Positions 39,468 through 48,180 of a stretch of 64,000 bases of DNA are shown piece after piece (the stretch's first letter is position 1; each line of letters starts with the position of its first letter). The position numbers were made by a program, and so were the translations under genes. The notes beneath the pieces were generated by a model. That model did no database searches. It worked only from the letters and a program-made list of their open reading frames with translations, and was not told the origin of the DNA. The stretch is taken from the IMG/VR virus record IMGVR_UViG_3300023116_006877; one strand, 5' to 3'. The stretch is from an uncultured virus (IMG/VR IMGVR_UViG_3300023116_006877). Its lineage: Duplodnaviria > Heunggongvirae > Uroviricota > Caudoviricetes.

Positions 39468-40508
39468 TTAATTTATCTTTTTTTGATTTATCTTATTGTA
39501 CCATTTTACAGCAGTTCCTACTATGTTGTCAATAGAACTTTGTGTAGGTTTCCAATTTAATTCTTTGGTAGTTCTAGAAATATCTGCTACCAGCACAGGA
39601 GGATCACCCGGTCTTCTATTTTCTTCTTTTATTTTCATAGCACCTGTAAATTTTTGTACAGTATTTAGAAGTTCTCTGTTGCTGGTTGGAATACCAGATC
39701 CTAAATTATAACTTGCACATATTTTTTCTTTATGAGCTTTTTGTAAAGCCAGCACGTGTCCGTGAGCAAGATCTGTTACGTGTACATAATCCCTGACGCA
39801 GGTTCCGTCGGGTGTATCAAAATCTGTCCCGAATAATCTAAATTCTTTTACATTTTTTCCTGCTTCGATGGCAAGTGGTATAATATGTGATTCATCTTCT
39901 CTTAATTCTCCAATTTCTGCTTCAGCATCTGCACCCGCGGCATTGAAATATCGTAAACTTACACTGGCAAATCCATACGCACGATGATAGTCCTGTAATA
40001 TATGTTCAATCATTAGTTTTGATCTACCATATGGATTGATAGGAAGTAGTTTTTCTTGCGTATCGTATGCAGTTCCATTTTCTGGTACTCCGTAGACAGC
40101 GGCACTAGAACTAAAAACAAATGTGTTTACGTCAAGTGATTTTAATTTTTCAATTAATCTAAACGTCATTAGTACATTATTAATATAATACTTTGATGGG
40201 TCGGCTACACTTTCACCAACTTTAGTGTGAGCCGCAAAGTGTATACAACTGTCAATGTTGTGTCTTTTAACAATCTCATCTATGGTTTCGATGTTTTGTG
40301 GAAGATTTAACTCATAGGCTGGACCATATTGAGTTGCCCATGGCTTGGAAGTGATGTCTCTATCTACAACAACAGGAGTGTATCCGTTTTTCTTTAATTC
40401 TTTTGCTGTGTGAGAACCAATGTATCCGGCACCACCGACCACTAATACAGATTTATTAGTTCCTTTAATATTTAGATTCTGAGACCCAGTCTCTGTAATG
40501 TTTTCCAT
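39468..40508 (-). CDS. galE: UDP-glucose 4-epimerase
   Basis: GGAGYIGSH, HFAA...VGESV, SSSAAVYG, YGRSK, LRYFNAAG and DGTCVRDYVHV. Confidence 0.9.
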   Translation of the reverse strand: MENITETGSQNLNIKGTNKSVLVVGGAGYIGSHTAKELKKNGYTPVVVDRDITSKPWATQYGPAYELNLPQNIETIDEIVKRHNIDSCIHFAAHTKVGESVADPSKYYINNVLMTFRLIEKLKSLDVNTFVFSSSAAVYGVPENGTAYDTQEKLLPINPYGRSKLMIEHILQDYHRAYGFASVSLRYFNAAGADAEAEIGELREDESHIIPLAIEAGKNVKEFRLFGTDFDTPDGTCVRDYVHVTDLAHGHVLALQKAHKEKICASYNLGSGIPTSNRELLNTVQKFTGAMKIKEENRRPGDPPVLVADISRTTKELNWKPTQSSIDNIVGTAVKWYNKINQKKIN

Positions 40509-41634
40509 CTCTTCTCCATTGCTCGCCTTTTCCGGTCATGATATCGATCATTCTATCGATTGTTCCGTCGGTCCAATCTGACAGTTTGCCAATATTGTTA
40601 TGAGGCCTCATTAATAAAATATTTAATTTTTGGTATGCGTCCTCTTGGCTCCATGGGATATACAATCTATCCCTGTCATTAGAAAACGTTTCTGGAAATG
40701 ATCTGTATGCTGGAAATAATACGTTGCAACCTAATGTGTCTGCTTCTGACACTGTGTTTGATACCCAGTCCTGCAATGCACAATTAAACAGCACTCTTGA
40801 ATCTGCTAACAGTTCATAATATTGATCTTTTTTCAAATTTTCGTAAATTTTTAAATCTCCTTTGGATTCAAGTTCTCTTGCTCTTGTAAGGTATTTTTCA
40901 TTATTACTTCTTAAAGGTCCTCCTGAGAAAACTGCAAACTCAACAGATGGATCTTGCTTTCTGACTCTAGTTGCCAGATCCATATAAAAGTCTGGCTGTT
41001 TTTCTTGATCAAATCTAGCCGCAAAACAAACTCTTTTTGCTCTTTGATCAAAAGGCTTTATTGATTTGACTCTTGATAGCACTTCTTGTTTTCCAAAACT
41101 CAAACCCGAGATGTTATAGATGGGTGCTCGCCAATTTGCTATACGCATATGTGCCACCATTTCTTCATTGGTGGCCAATATGTGAACATTAGGAATTTCA
41201 TTACACATCTGTTCGTACATACTCATCCACTTGCTCATGCCCCACACGTGTACGAAGTCATCTGGGTCGATCGCTTGTGCCAAACATCTTAGGTATATTG
41301 TTGGTCTGTGTTTTTCTTCCACTTGGTGTAATATGTAAGGTAGTGACTCCATACCTGGTTGGAACATGTCTTCAAAGAACACAATGTCTTTACTTGTGAC
41401 ACTACCATTACGCATCATCTGTACAAGATTCATCATCTGGCTCATGCCAAAATATGATCTGCCGTGTGCGTCAAGCACTTGTCCAACACTGATTGCTTTT
41501 GTATCGTCTATTGTGGTGCCTGGCACAACCACATAGTCTATACCTCTTTTTTTATACACACGTTCAGTCCACTCTTGTAGTTGTAGAGTATATCTGCCTT
41601 CGTATGGTTCTAGACCCATGTAAAATATTTTCAT
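40465..41634 (-). CDS. GT-B (GT4-like) glycosyltransferase
   Basis: 'ARFDQEKQP', 'YYELLADSRVLFNCALQD...VSEA..LG' C-terminal donor-binding pattern. Confidence 0.75.
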   Translation of the reverse strand: MKIFYMGLEPYEGRYTLQLQEWTERVYKKRGIDYVVVPGTTIDDTKAISVGQVLDAHGRSYFGMSQMMNLVQMMRNGSVTSKDIVFFEDMFQPGMESLPYILHQVEEKHRPTIYLRCLAQAIDPDDFVHVWGMSKWMSMYEQMCNEIPNVHILATNEEMVAHMRIANWRAPIYNISGLSFGKQEVLSRVKSIKPFDQRAKRVCFAARFDQEKQPDFYMDLATRVRKQDPSVEFAVFSGGPLRSNNEKYLTRARELESKGDLKIYENLKKDQYYELLADSRVLFNCALQDWVSNTVSEADTLGCNVLFPAYRSFPETFSNDRDRLYIPWSQEDAYQKLNILLMRPHNNIGKLSDWTDGTIDRMIDIMTGKGEQWRRDGKHYRDWVSESKY

Positions 41635-41987
41635 TATATGCCTTCTCCTCTAATATAAGGTGTGCCTTCTAGTGGCATCACTGATTGCTCGTTTTCACCA
41701 TTCTTAGAATAGTGTATGTGTGTGTAATAACCGTGCATTGGATTTTGATTCACATAATCTTGAATATTTTGCAACAATTTATCATCAACATTAGAAGCAA
41801 CAAATTGATACAAAGGTTCTCCCGCCGCATTATCGTTGTATTTCATTTCAAACACATTCATCACAATGTAACCACCCCATTGGAATTCTGGATAATCACT
41901 TAGATAATTTTCAGCATAACATCGGAACATAGCATCCACGTTGCATTTTACTTTTGGTTCAGGCTCAAACATTAATCTAATATTCAT
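41634..41987 (-). CDS. Hypothetical protein
   Basis: Coupled ORF. Confidence 0.6.
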   Translation of the reverse strand: MNIRLMFEPEPKVKCNVDAMFRCYAENYLSDYPEFQWGGYIVMNVFEMKYNDNAAGEPLYQFVASNVDDKLLQNIQDYVNQNPMHGYYTHIHYSKNGENEQSVMPLEGTPYIRGEGI

Positions 41988-42165
41988 TTTTATTATTCCA
42001 CTCTTGTAGTTTAACTTGATACTCGCTTTCTGTCAATCCGTGCCAGCCGATACATTTACCAGTTGGTGATCTACCGCAAGGACAAGATTTCTTTTTAAAA
42101 ATGTCATCGTAATTCTTGCGGTATGATTCATTAGTTGGTCTAGATTTACCGTCCCAATTAGCCAT
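41977..42165 (-). CDS. Small CDGSH-like Fe-S/metal-binding protein
   Basis: CPCGRSPTGKCIGWH resembles C-x-C-x2-S-x5-C-D-G-S-H. Confidence 0.6.
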   Translation of the reverse strand: MANWDGKSRPTNESYRKNYDDIFKKKSCPCGRSPTGKCIGWHGLTESEYQVKLQEWNNKNEY

Positions 42166-42703
42166 TGTTTTGTTCTAGATACTTTAACATATTTTCAGGT
42201 GTGGACTCAACATATGGATCATTATCCGAACCGTCGTTGTTGATTCCTGGTTCTTGCCACCATGCCTCAACTGTGCCATCATTGATTACTGCCATGTATC
42301 TCCAACTTCTGCTTCCAAAACCTAAATGATTTTTACCAATAAGCATACCCATAAATCTTGTAAAGTTACCAGATCCATCTGGAATAACTTTTACATTTTT
42401 AATTTTAAGCACTTCTGCCCATGCATTCATTACAAATGTATCATTGACTGAACAGCAATACACTTCATCGATTCCTAAACCTTTGATTTTATCATAGTTC
42501 TCTTCGAATCCCGGAAGTTGTGTTGATGTACAAGTGGGTGTAAATGCACCAGGTAAACTGAACAATACCACTCTTTTTCCTTTGAAATAGTCATCAGTTG
42601 TTTTGTCTATCCATTTTCCTTCGTCAAACGAACAGCCTTCTTCTAAAACAGAATCACCTTCTCTGACTCTGAATGTTACTTTAGGTATTTTTAAACCTTT
42701 CAT
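42158..42703 (-). CDS. Peroxiredoxin (Prx5/redoxin type)
   Basis: PGAFTPTC, SVNDTFVM.AW, DGSG.F and RSWRY. Confidence 0.92.
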   Translation of the reverse strand: MKGLKIPKVTFRVREGDSVLEEGCSFDEGKWIDKTTDDYFKGKRVVLFSLPGAFTPTCTSTQLPGFEENYDKIKGLGIDEVYCCSVNDTFVMNAWAEVLKIKNVKVIPDGSGNFTRFMGMLIGKNHLGFGSRSWRYMAVINDGTVEAWWQEPGINNDGSDNDPYVESTPENMLKYLEQNNG

Positions 42704-42704
42704 T

Positions 42705-43025
42705 TTATTTTCTCTCCTTTGTAAGTTTTATTTGACCCGTAAATGTGTGTTTGATTCTGTGTTCATTCTGTAGGGCCAGGTGCAGGAATGACTCGTATTT
42801 GTCTTCCTTTACCAACAGAGTGATACACTCGTCCATGTCGTCATCGTAATCGGTATGTGACCAGATGAAGTCTTTGCCATACTTCATGCCTAGGTTTCCA
42901 GCGGTGGTACATATATTGGCCACTGCGTCCACTGTCGTGTATGAAGCATTCAAGCCACCACCCTCTATGGGTAGATTTTCTTGTCTTGTTGTTACTCTCT
43001 TTTCTTTTATGCTGATTTCTTTCAT
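42705..43025 (-). CDS. Hypothetical protein
   Basis: ATG overlaps the trxB stop (MKEISIKEKR...). Confidence 0.6.
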   Translation of the reverse strand: MKEISIKEKRVTTRQENLPIEGGGLNASYTTVDAVANICTTAGNLGMKYGKDFIWSHTDYDDDMDECITLLVKEDKYESFLHLALQNEHRIKHTFTGQIKLTKERK

Positions 43026-43963
43026 GAATTTCCTGCCACAAATTTTTCTGCTTCCAAGGCCGCCATACAACCCATGCCCGCCGCTGTGACTGCCTGTCTG
43101 TATGTTTTGTCCTTGACATCGCCCGCCGCATAAATTCCCGGTATGTTAGTAGCAGTTGAATCGGGTTTGGTTATGATATAACCCTCATCATCCATGTTAA
43201 TTTGTTCTTTAAAAAGTTTTGTTGCTGGATCATGTCCTATGGCCACAAATAAACCGTCGATGTTCATTGTGGACTCTGTGCCATCTTTTGTGTTCTCGAG
43301 TTTTATTCCCGTGACATTTATAGGATCATCCGTTCCTATGATGTCCTTAACTCTAGAGTTCCATACCACATTAATTTTTTCATTTGCAAACAATCTATCT
43401 TGTGCTATTTTTTCTGCTCTTAGGCTATCTCTTCGATGTATCAGATGCACCTTGCTGGCTATGTGTGATAGGTACAATGCTTCTTCAACTGCACTATTTC
43501 CTCCACCAACAACAGCAACTTCTTTATCCTTGAAAAAGAATCCATCACACGTGGCACAGGCACTTACACCAAAACCCGAAAATTTTTTTTCTTTTTCTAA
43601 ACCCAACCATCTCGCTTGAGCACCTGTTGATATGATCACAGAATCTGCCGTATAAATTGTTCCACTATCTCCCACTGCTTCGAAAGGTTTTTTACTGAAA
43701 TCTACCTTATTGATCATATCGAAAATAATATCTGTTCCAACTGCACGTGCTTGTTTTTCCATTTGTTCCATTAACCATGGTCCTTGTATAACGTCTCCGA
43801 AACCCGGATAGTTTTCAACATCTGTGGTTATAGTCAATTGTCCACCGGGTTGAGTGCCTTGTACTAAAATTGGTTTTAACATTGCTCTAGAGGCATATAT
43901 TGCCGCAGTGTATCCTGCAGGACCAGAACCTATAATCAAAACTTTTGTGTGCTTACTTGTCAT
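43022..43963 (-). CDS. trxB: Thioredoxin-disulfide reductase
   Basis: IIGSGPAG, VENYPG, CATCDG, GGGNSA, HRR and AAGDV.D..YRQA. Confidence 0.95.
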   Translation of the reverse strand: MTSKHTKVLIIGSGPAGYTAAIYASRAMLKPILVQGTQPGGQLTITTDVENYPGFGDVIQGPWLMEQMEKQARAVGTDIIFDMINKVDFSKKPFEAVGDSGTIYTADSVIISTGAQARWLGLEKEKKFSGFGVSACATCDGFFFKDKEVAVVGGGNSAVEEALYLSHIASKVHLIHRRDSLRAEKIAQDRLFANEKINVVWNSRVKDIIGTDDPINVTGIKLENTKDGTESTMNIDGLFVAIGHDPATKLFKEQINMDDEGYIITKPDSTATNIPGIYAAGDVKDKTYRQAVTAAGMGCMAALEAEKFVAGNS

Positions 43964-44375
43964 AGACTGCGTGTGATCCATTCTCTCCATCTTCTGACAC
44001 GTCTATTTCGATACGTCTTCCTGGATATTTCTTTGCTATTTCTACATATAAATCATCGCTCATCATCTCACAACTCTTAAAGTCGTTCTGTAATGTGCCT
44101 TCCTTGTACAGATTCAACAACCATCTCTTGAACTGTATGAATTCTATATCCCTGTCATCATGGAACACCTCTATGGCTACTTTGAAATGAAATATGTGTC
44201 TATGTGGATGTCCTAGAAAACTGACATCATATTCGTCACCTGTTGCTAATTTGGGATCAGTAAGTGCCGCTGGGTATTTGTGCATACCTTCTTTTTGAAA
44301 GGTTACCCATATCATTTTACTAGCCTTGTTGGCCTGTTCTTTTAGTGCTTGATCATGTTGGTGCTCAGTATCCAT
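43953..44375 (-). CDS. T-fold QueD paralog, DpdL-like (putative CDG decarboxylase)
   Basis: LGHPHRHIF (= LxxxHRHxF) instead of the QueD CxxxHGH; SCE and VSED C-terminal T-fold motifs. Confidence 0.65.
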   Translation of the reverse strand: MDTEHQHDQALKEQANKASKMIWVTFQKEGMHKYPAALTDPKLATGDEYDVSFLGHPHRHIFHFKVAIEVFHDDRDIEFIQFKRWLLNLYKEGTLQNDFKSCEMMSDDLYVEIAKKYPGRRIEIDVSEDGENGSHAVYDK

Positions 44376-44893
44376 TTGTTCTCCTCTATTGGTTCATCTT
44401 GTTTGTATTCGTTCCATGACGTAAATCCTGCGGTCTGTTTAAAATGATTCATGCTCATGCTCCAGACTCCAGGATTGGTCTTATTAAAGTCAACGTCATC
44501 GACTTTGATGCAAAGTTGATCATCATCTTCGGAATTTGGAAATATTATTGAACAAAAAGGAATAAACTTTTCGTTGTTCCACAATATCTTAAATTTTTCT
44601 TTTACTTCTTTGTGGATATCATGAGGATAATCAACTGTCACAAAATAACCGTCATCGATTAATCGTTTCATCTGTGCTAGTTGCATTCCATGATTGTGCA
44701 TATATGTTCTATTTGCTCCATAGTAAATTGCTTTGGCATTTACTTTTTCTGCGTATGTCTTGATCTCGTCGTATGAAAGATCATTACGTGCTAAAAATAA
44801 TGTTTGTAAACCATAGGCCTGTGTGTGTTCTATTTCGATACCTGAAAAAATACCTACACTCTCACTTTGTCCATTTTTATAATCTCTTTGCAT
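44342..44893 (-). CDS. Hypothetical protein co-transcribed with the T-fold gene
   Basis: 183 aa ORF, first gene after a consensus promoter. Confidence 0.7.
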   Translation of the reverse strand: MQRDYKNGQSESVGIFSGIEIEHTQAYGLQTLFLARNDLSYDEIKTYAEKVNAKAIYYGANRTYMHNHGMQLAQMKRLIDDGYFVTVDYPHDIHKEVKEKFKILWNNEKFIPFCSIIFPNSEDDDQLCIKVDDVDFNKTNPGVWSMSMNHFKQTAGFTSWNEYKQDEPIEENKWILSTNMIKH

Positions 44894-44899
44894 CTTTAT

Positions 44900-44928
44900 A
44901 TTATATTACTGTATGACTAATTTGTCAA
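44900..44928 (-). promoter_or_regulatory. Consensus sigma70 promoter TTGACA-17-TATAAT, 6 nt before ATG
   Basis: Perfect consensus read directly. Confidence 0.85.
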
Positions 44929-45111
44929 TGCTTTTGAGGCTCTCGTGATGGCATCTTTTAAAGCAAGTTTGGTTTTTTTTAATCTTATTAATAATGTTTT
45001 GCTTTCATCACTACGATCTTTTTTTCTTTCTTCGGTAAGTTCTTTTACCTTTCGATCTAGATAAGAATGATGATCTTGAAGTTTTTTTATTTTTTTACTT
45101 TTTTTTGCCAT
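44917..45111 (-). CDS. Small coiled-coil protein (DUF465/YdcH-like)
   Basis: 'L...H..LD..V..L...LKK.KL.LKDAI'; GGAGG RBS. Confidence 0.65.
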   Translation of the reverse strand: MAKKSKKIKKLQDHHSYLDRKVKELTEERKKDRSDESKTLLIRLKKTKLALKDAITRASKALTN

Positions 45112-45119
45112 GTTTCCTC

Positions 45120-46568
45120 CTATTCAAATAATGAACTAAAATTGTTTTTACCTTTACCACCACCTGTGGCTCTTGCCCATCTTGTTCCTCTTATATCTGC
45201 AAGATAACTTCTCGCATTTTCTATTAATTCCATTGGTTTTTCGCTGGTGAATACTTCTTCAACAAATGTATTGAAATATAATATATTTCTAGGAACATAA
45301 ACACTATGCTCGTCTGTGGTATCTGATGCTTTGGTTTTACGCCAGTGTTTTACTTCTGGTCTATGCACGACACTTTCTATATCGTTCATGTCGTTGGCAA
45401 CCTGTACTGCTCTAATTTGATTATACACATTGTGAGCCATCATTAATACATATGAAAAAGAGTCCCACGAAGTTTTACCTTCTTTGTTGTTTTTATTTAG
45501 ATCTCCCTCTCCGTACCAACAGACATCTCCCATGGTAAGTCTATTACCAATAGCACTTTGGAAAGGAAAAGGTATTTTTGAATTCTTTAATCTTTTATCA
45601 TCCGGTGCCTTGTCCATTATAAATGACCATCTAGATGGTGTGAACACATTATGAGTGTAAACTAATCCATTCGCTGTTGATAAGAAAGCGGATGCTGAAT
45701 CAAAACTTATTGTAAAATTAGGATTAATATATTTTCTAACTTGTCTTTGTATTTGTGTTAGATAACAAGCCCAATCCAGTTGCGATGTACCCAGTACGTG
45801 CATCCAGTCTTTACCGTCCAGTTTTTTCTCATCTCTCATTATGATCAAACGCTTCAACATGACTTCCATATCACACATATTGATACCGCCCATTGCCCAT
45901 CCTTCGAATTCAAAATCTTTTACGGCATCGTACCAAGTTTGTGCTGTTTCCCAGTCGTCGCCTTGTAGTACATTTAAAAATTTAGTTTGACCCAATCTGT
46001 TCTTTTGAAAAAAATTGTTATTATAGATTGTTCCGTCTAGTGTATCTCGAAAACTTTTTAATCCTGTTTTAGGTGAATTTAAATCATCTGCCGCCCAAGT
46101 TGGAACATCCAAAGTCATTGCCCAGTCTGATGTGAGTTCTAACCAATTTAATATATCACTTCTAACTTTGTTGGCCTTGTTACCTTCAAAATCTTTCCAA
46201 TCAAATTGTATTACGCCTCGACCAATTTGATATCCACCCGAATCTCCCACTATGGTGCTGAATTTACGATCCCTGTTTACAAACATATGATCTCGATCTC
46301 CCACTTTGTCCATGTCTAGACAAGCATGACCCGCCGAGTATAATGCTGTAGGATAAGTGAACATACCTTTTTCTGGATTTATAAAGTTTAGTCCTTCCAC
46401 ACCATTTTCAAATCCAACAGGTATTCTTTCTTTGGGAATATGTGTACCTTCTGTGACTCTTTGTTTGCTAATAAAGGTATTATAAAAATTTGATATAGCA
46501 GGCAAGAACACTGCGAAGTCTCGACTCAATTCTCCTAAATGTTCCTGCCTGTTATTTTGTTCAGTCAT
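45120..46568 (-). CDS. Guanine transglycosylase-like protein (DpdA/TGT superfamily)
   Basis: DSGGYQ, MTLDVP, VLQG, GWAMGG, HVLG, SFDSAS and late HN; no CxCxxC Zn site seen. Confidence 0.8.
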   Translation of the reverse strand: MTEQNNRQEHLGELSRDFAVFLPAISNFYNTFISKQRVTEGTHIPKERIPVGFENGVEGLNFINPEKGMFTYPTALYSAGHACLDMDKVGDRDHMFVNRDRKFSTIVGDSGGYQIGRGVIQFDWKDFEGNKANKVRSDILNWLELTSDWAMTLDVPTWAADDLNSPKTGLKSFRDTLDGTIYNNNFFQKNRLGQTKFLNVLQGDDWETAQTWYDAVKDFEFEGWAMGGINMCDMEVMLKRLIIMRDEKKLDGKDWMHVLGTSQLDWACYLTQIQRQVRKYINPNFTISFDSASAFLSTANGLVYTHNVFTPSRWSFIMDKAPDDKRLKNSKIPFPFQSAIGNRLTMGDVCWYGEGDLNKNNKEGKTSWDSFSYVLMMAHNVYNQIRAVQVANDMNDIESVVHRPEVKHWRKTKASDTTDEHSVYVPRNILYFNTFVEEVFTSEKPMELIENARSYLADIRGTRWARATGGGKGKNNFSSLFE

Positions 46569-47305
46569 TATTGTGCCTGTGCTGGTATGATATATTGATA
46601 TTTTCCAAGTCCAGAGTCAACAGTGACCTGCATCGCACCCTCATTAGAGAAGTGTAAAGTAACTTTTGCCGAATCTGATAATTTCAATATCTGTAATACC
46701 TGTGCTACCGGCCAACTCCACCCTTTGTTAAGACTACCTGATACATTATCAGCGAATACAAATTCTCCACCGTGTGATGCTTGATCACCAAAAGTGAAAA
46801 TAAGTTTTCCATCTTCGGTTCTCACAACAAATGTATTGTGTTCTGTATTTGCAGTTGCCTGGAAGTTAAATCTTTGTACACTGGCCACAGTAGGCTCAAT
46901 TTCAACATTCCACTTAACACCTTTAAATTTTACAGTTTTAAGTTTTTCGTTGATAATTTCAGCATTCATAAATCTGTAATCGTTTTTAAAATCTCCTTTT
47001 TCATTTTCAAAATGAATACCTGTAGGAGTTTCTGCACCATTTCTAGTACCTGTGATTACAGTGATGTTTGCTTTGTCTTTATACTCAGGACACTTCAAGT
47101 GTATGTCCAGTTTGTTCAACTGAGGCATACCAAAAGTACCCGTCATTTCTGCTTGTGGTTTGTGAAAAGATCCTTGCAAGATCACTGATCTGTCTTCAGC
47201 CATAGAATCTATTGTTGTTTCAGATTCGTTGCCTGTAATTTTAACAAGGTCTAGAAAGCCTAAACCGTGTGTGTGTTTGACTATGTCTTTTAAGATATCT
47301 ATCAT
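46568..47305 (-). CDS. Putative DNA polymerase sliding clamp
   Basis: 245 aa with clamp-like pattern, C-terminal 'GAMQVTVDSG...YIIPA', near PolB. Confidence 0.6.
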   Translation of the reverse strand: MIDILKDIVKHTHGLGFLDLVKITGNESETTIDSMAEDRSVILQGSFHKPQAEMTGTFGMPQLNKLDIHLKCPEYKDKANITVITGTRNGAETPTGIHFENEKGDFKNDYRFMNAEIINEKLKTVKFKGVKWNVEIEPTVASVQRFNFQATANTEHNTFVVRTEDGKLIFTFGDQASHGGEFVFADNVSGSLNKGWSWPVAQVLQILKLSDSAKVTLHFSNEGAMQVTVDSGLGKYQYIIPAQAQ

Positions 47306-47314
47306 AATAAAACT

Positions 47315-47343
47315 ATTATATAGATTATTTAGATTAAAGTCAA
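47315..47343 (-). promoter_or_regulatory. Sigma70-type promoter TTGACT-17-TATAAT, 9 nt before ATG
   Basis: Read directly. Confidence 0.75.
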
Positions 47344-47352
47344 ATGTTTAAT

Positions 47353-48168
47353 TTATTTTTCTACAGGTAATTCTAAAGCACTATATAATACTGGATTTTT
47401 ATTACCAGGTTTTTTGAAAATTATATAGTTGGCACCAGGACGAAATTGATCCATTTCAATTACTTCATATCCACAACTTTCTGTGATCTCTTTCATTGAT
47501 GTTTTGGTATTATAATTCCAGTATCCACGTTTTGCTTCATGAAGATCGAAATCGTAATGACAATCTGCATAGTGTATAAATCCATATCCGCCTGGTAACA
47601 ATACTCTATTGATGTCTGTTAGATATTCTTTTATATGTTCTTGAGTAAAAAAAGTAAATGTGTTCCAACTGAAGACAAAATTTACTGCGTTGTCGTCAAT
47701 TTCTGGACAACTGGTTCTGTTGGTTGTATAAAATTTTATCAGTTTGTGTTGTTGTGGTTTAAAAAGTGCTTTTATTTTTTCTTGACAATGCGGTAACAGA
47801 TCTAGATAATAATTTAATCTCCATGGTAAGAAAAATCTACTGAATCTTCCATATCCCGGGCCTATTTCTAAACTATTATAAAGAATAGATTGAGCACCAG
47901 TTTTTGCAAACATCTTGATCTTATCTTCGACTTTTTTAGTTAACATTTCATCAAACTGATCTTTTCTTTCATATGTGAAATCTAAATCTTTAGCATACCA
48001 TTCTTTGGTTTTGTCTAGTCGATTTATTTCCTGTTGATTATTGATGTCGACAGATTCAGCCAGGTTTTCCAATATTGATAAATTATCATCAAGTATTTTT
48101 TGGAAATCTGTACCTTTTATTTTTTTAAGTTTTTCTATGAGTAATTTAATTTCTTCGATGCTTAACAT
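47353..48168 (-). CDS. Class I SAM-dependent methyltransferase
   Basis: LEIGPGYG, 'FVFSWNTF' and 'RVLLPGG'. Confidence 0.75.
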   Translation of the reverse strand: MLSIEEIKLLIEKLKKIKGTDFQKILDDNLSILENLAESVDINNQQEINRLDKTKEWYAKDLDFTYERKDQFDEMLTKKVEDKIKMFAKTGAQSILYNSLEIGPGYGRFSRFFLPWRLNYYLDLLPHCQEKIKALFKPQQHKLIKFYTTNRTSCPEIDDNAVNFVFSWNTFTFFTQEHIKEYLTDINRVLLPGGYGFIHYADCHYDFDLHEAKRGYWNYNTKTSMKEITESCGYEVIEMDQFRPGANYIIFKKPGNKNPVLYSALELPVEK

Positions 48169-48180
48169 ATATGTTATTTA

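Noticed and set aside
45120..46568. Canonical bacterial tRNA-guanine transglycosylase
   Set aside because: Lacks the CxCxxC Zn site, is longer, and is coupled to replication genes; a DNA-acting DpdA-like role fits better but is unproven.
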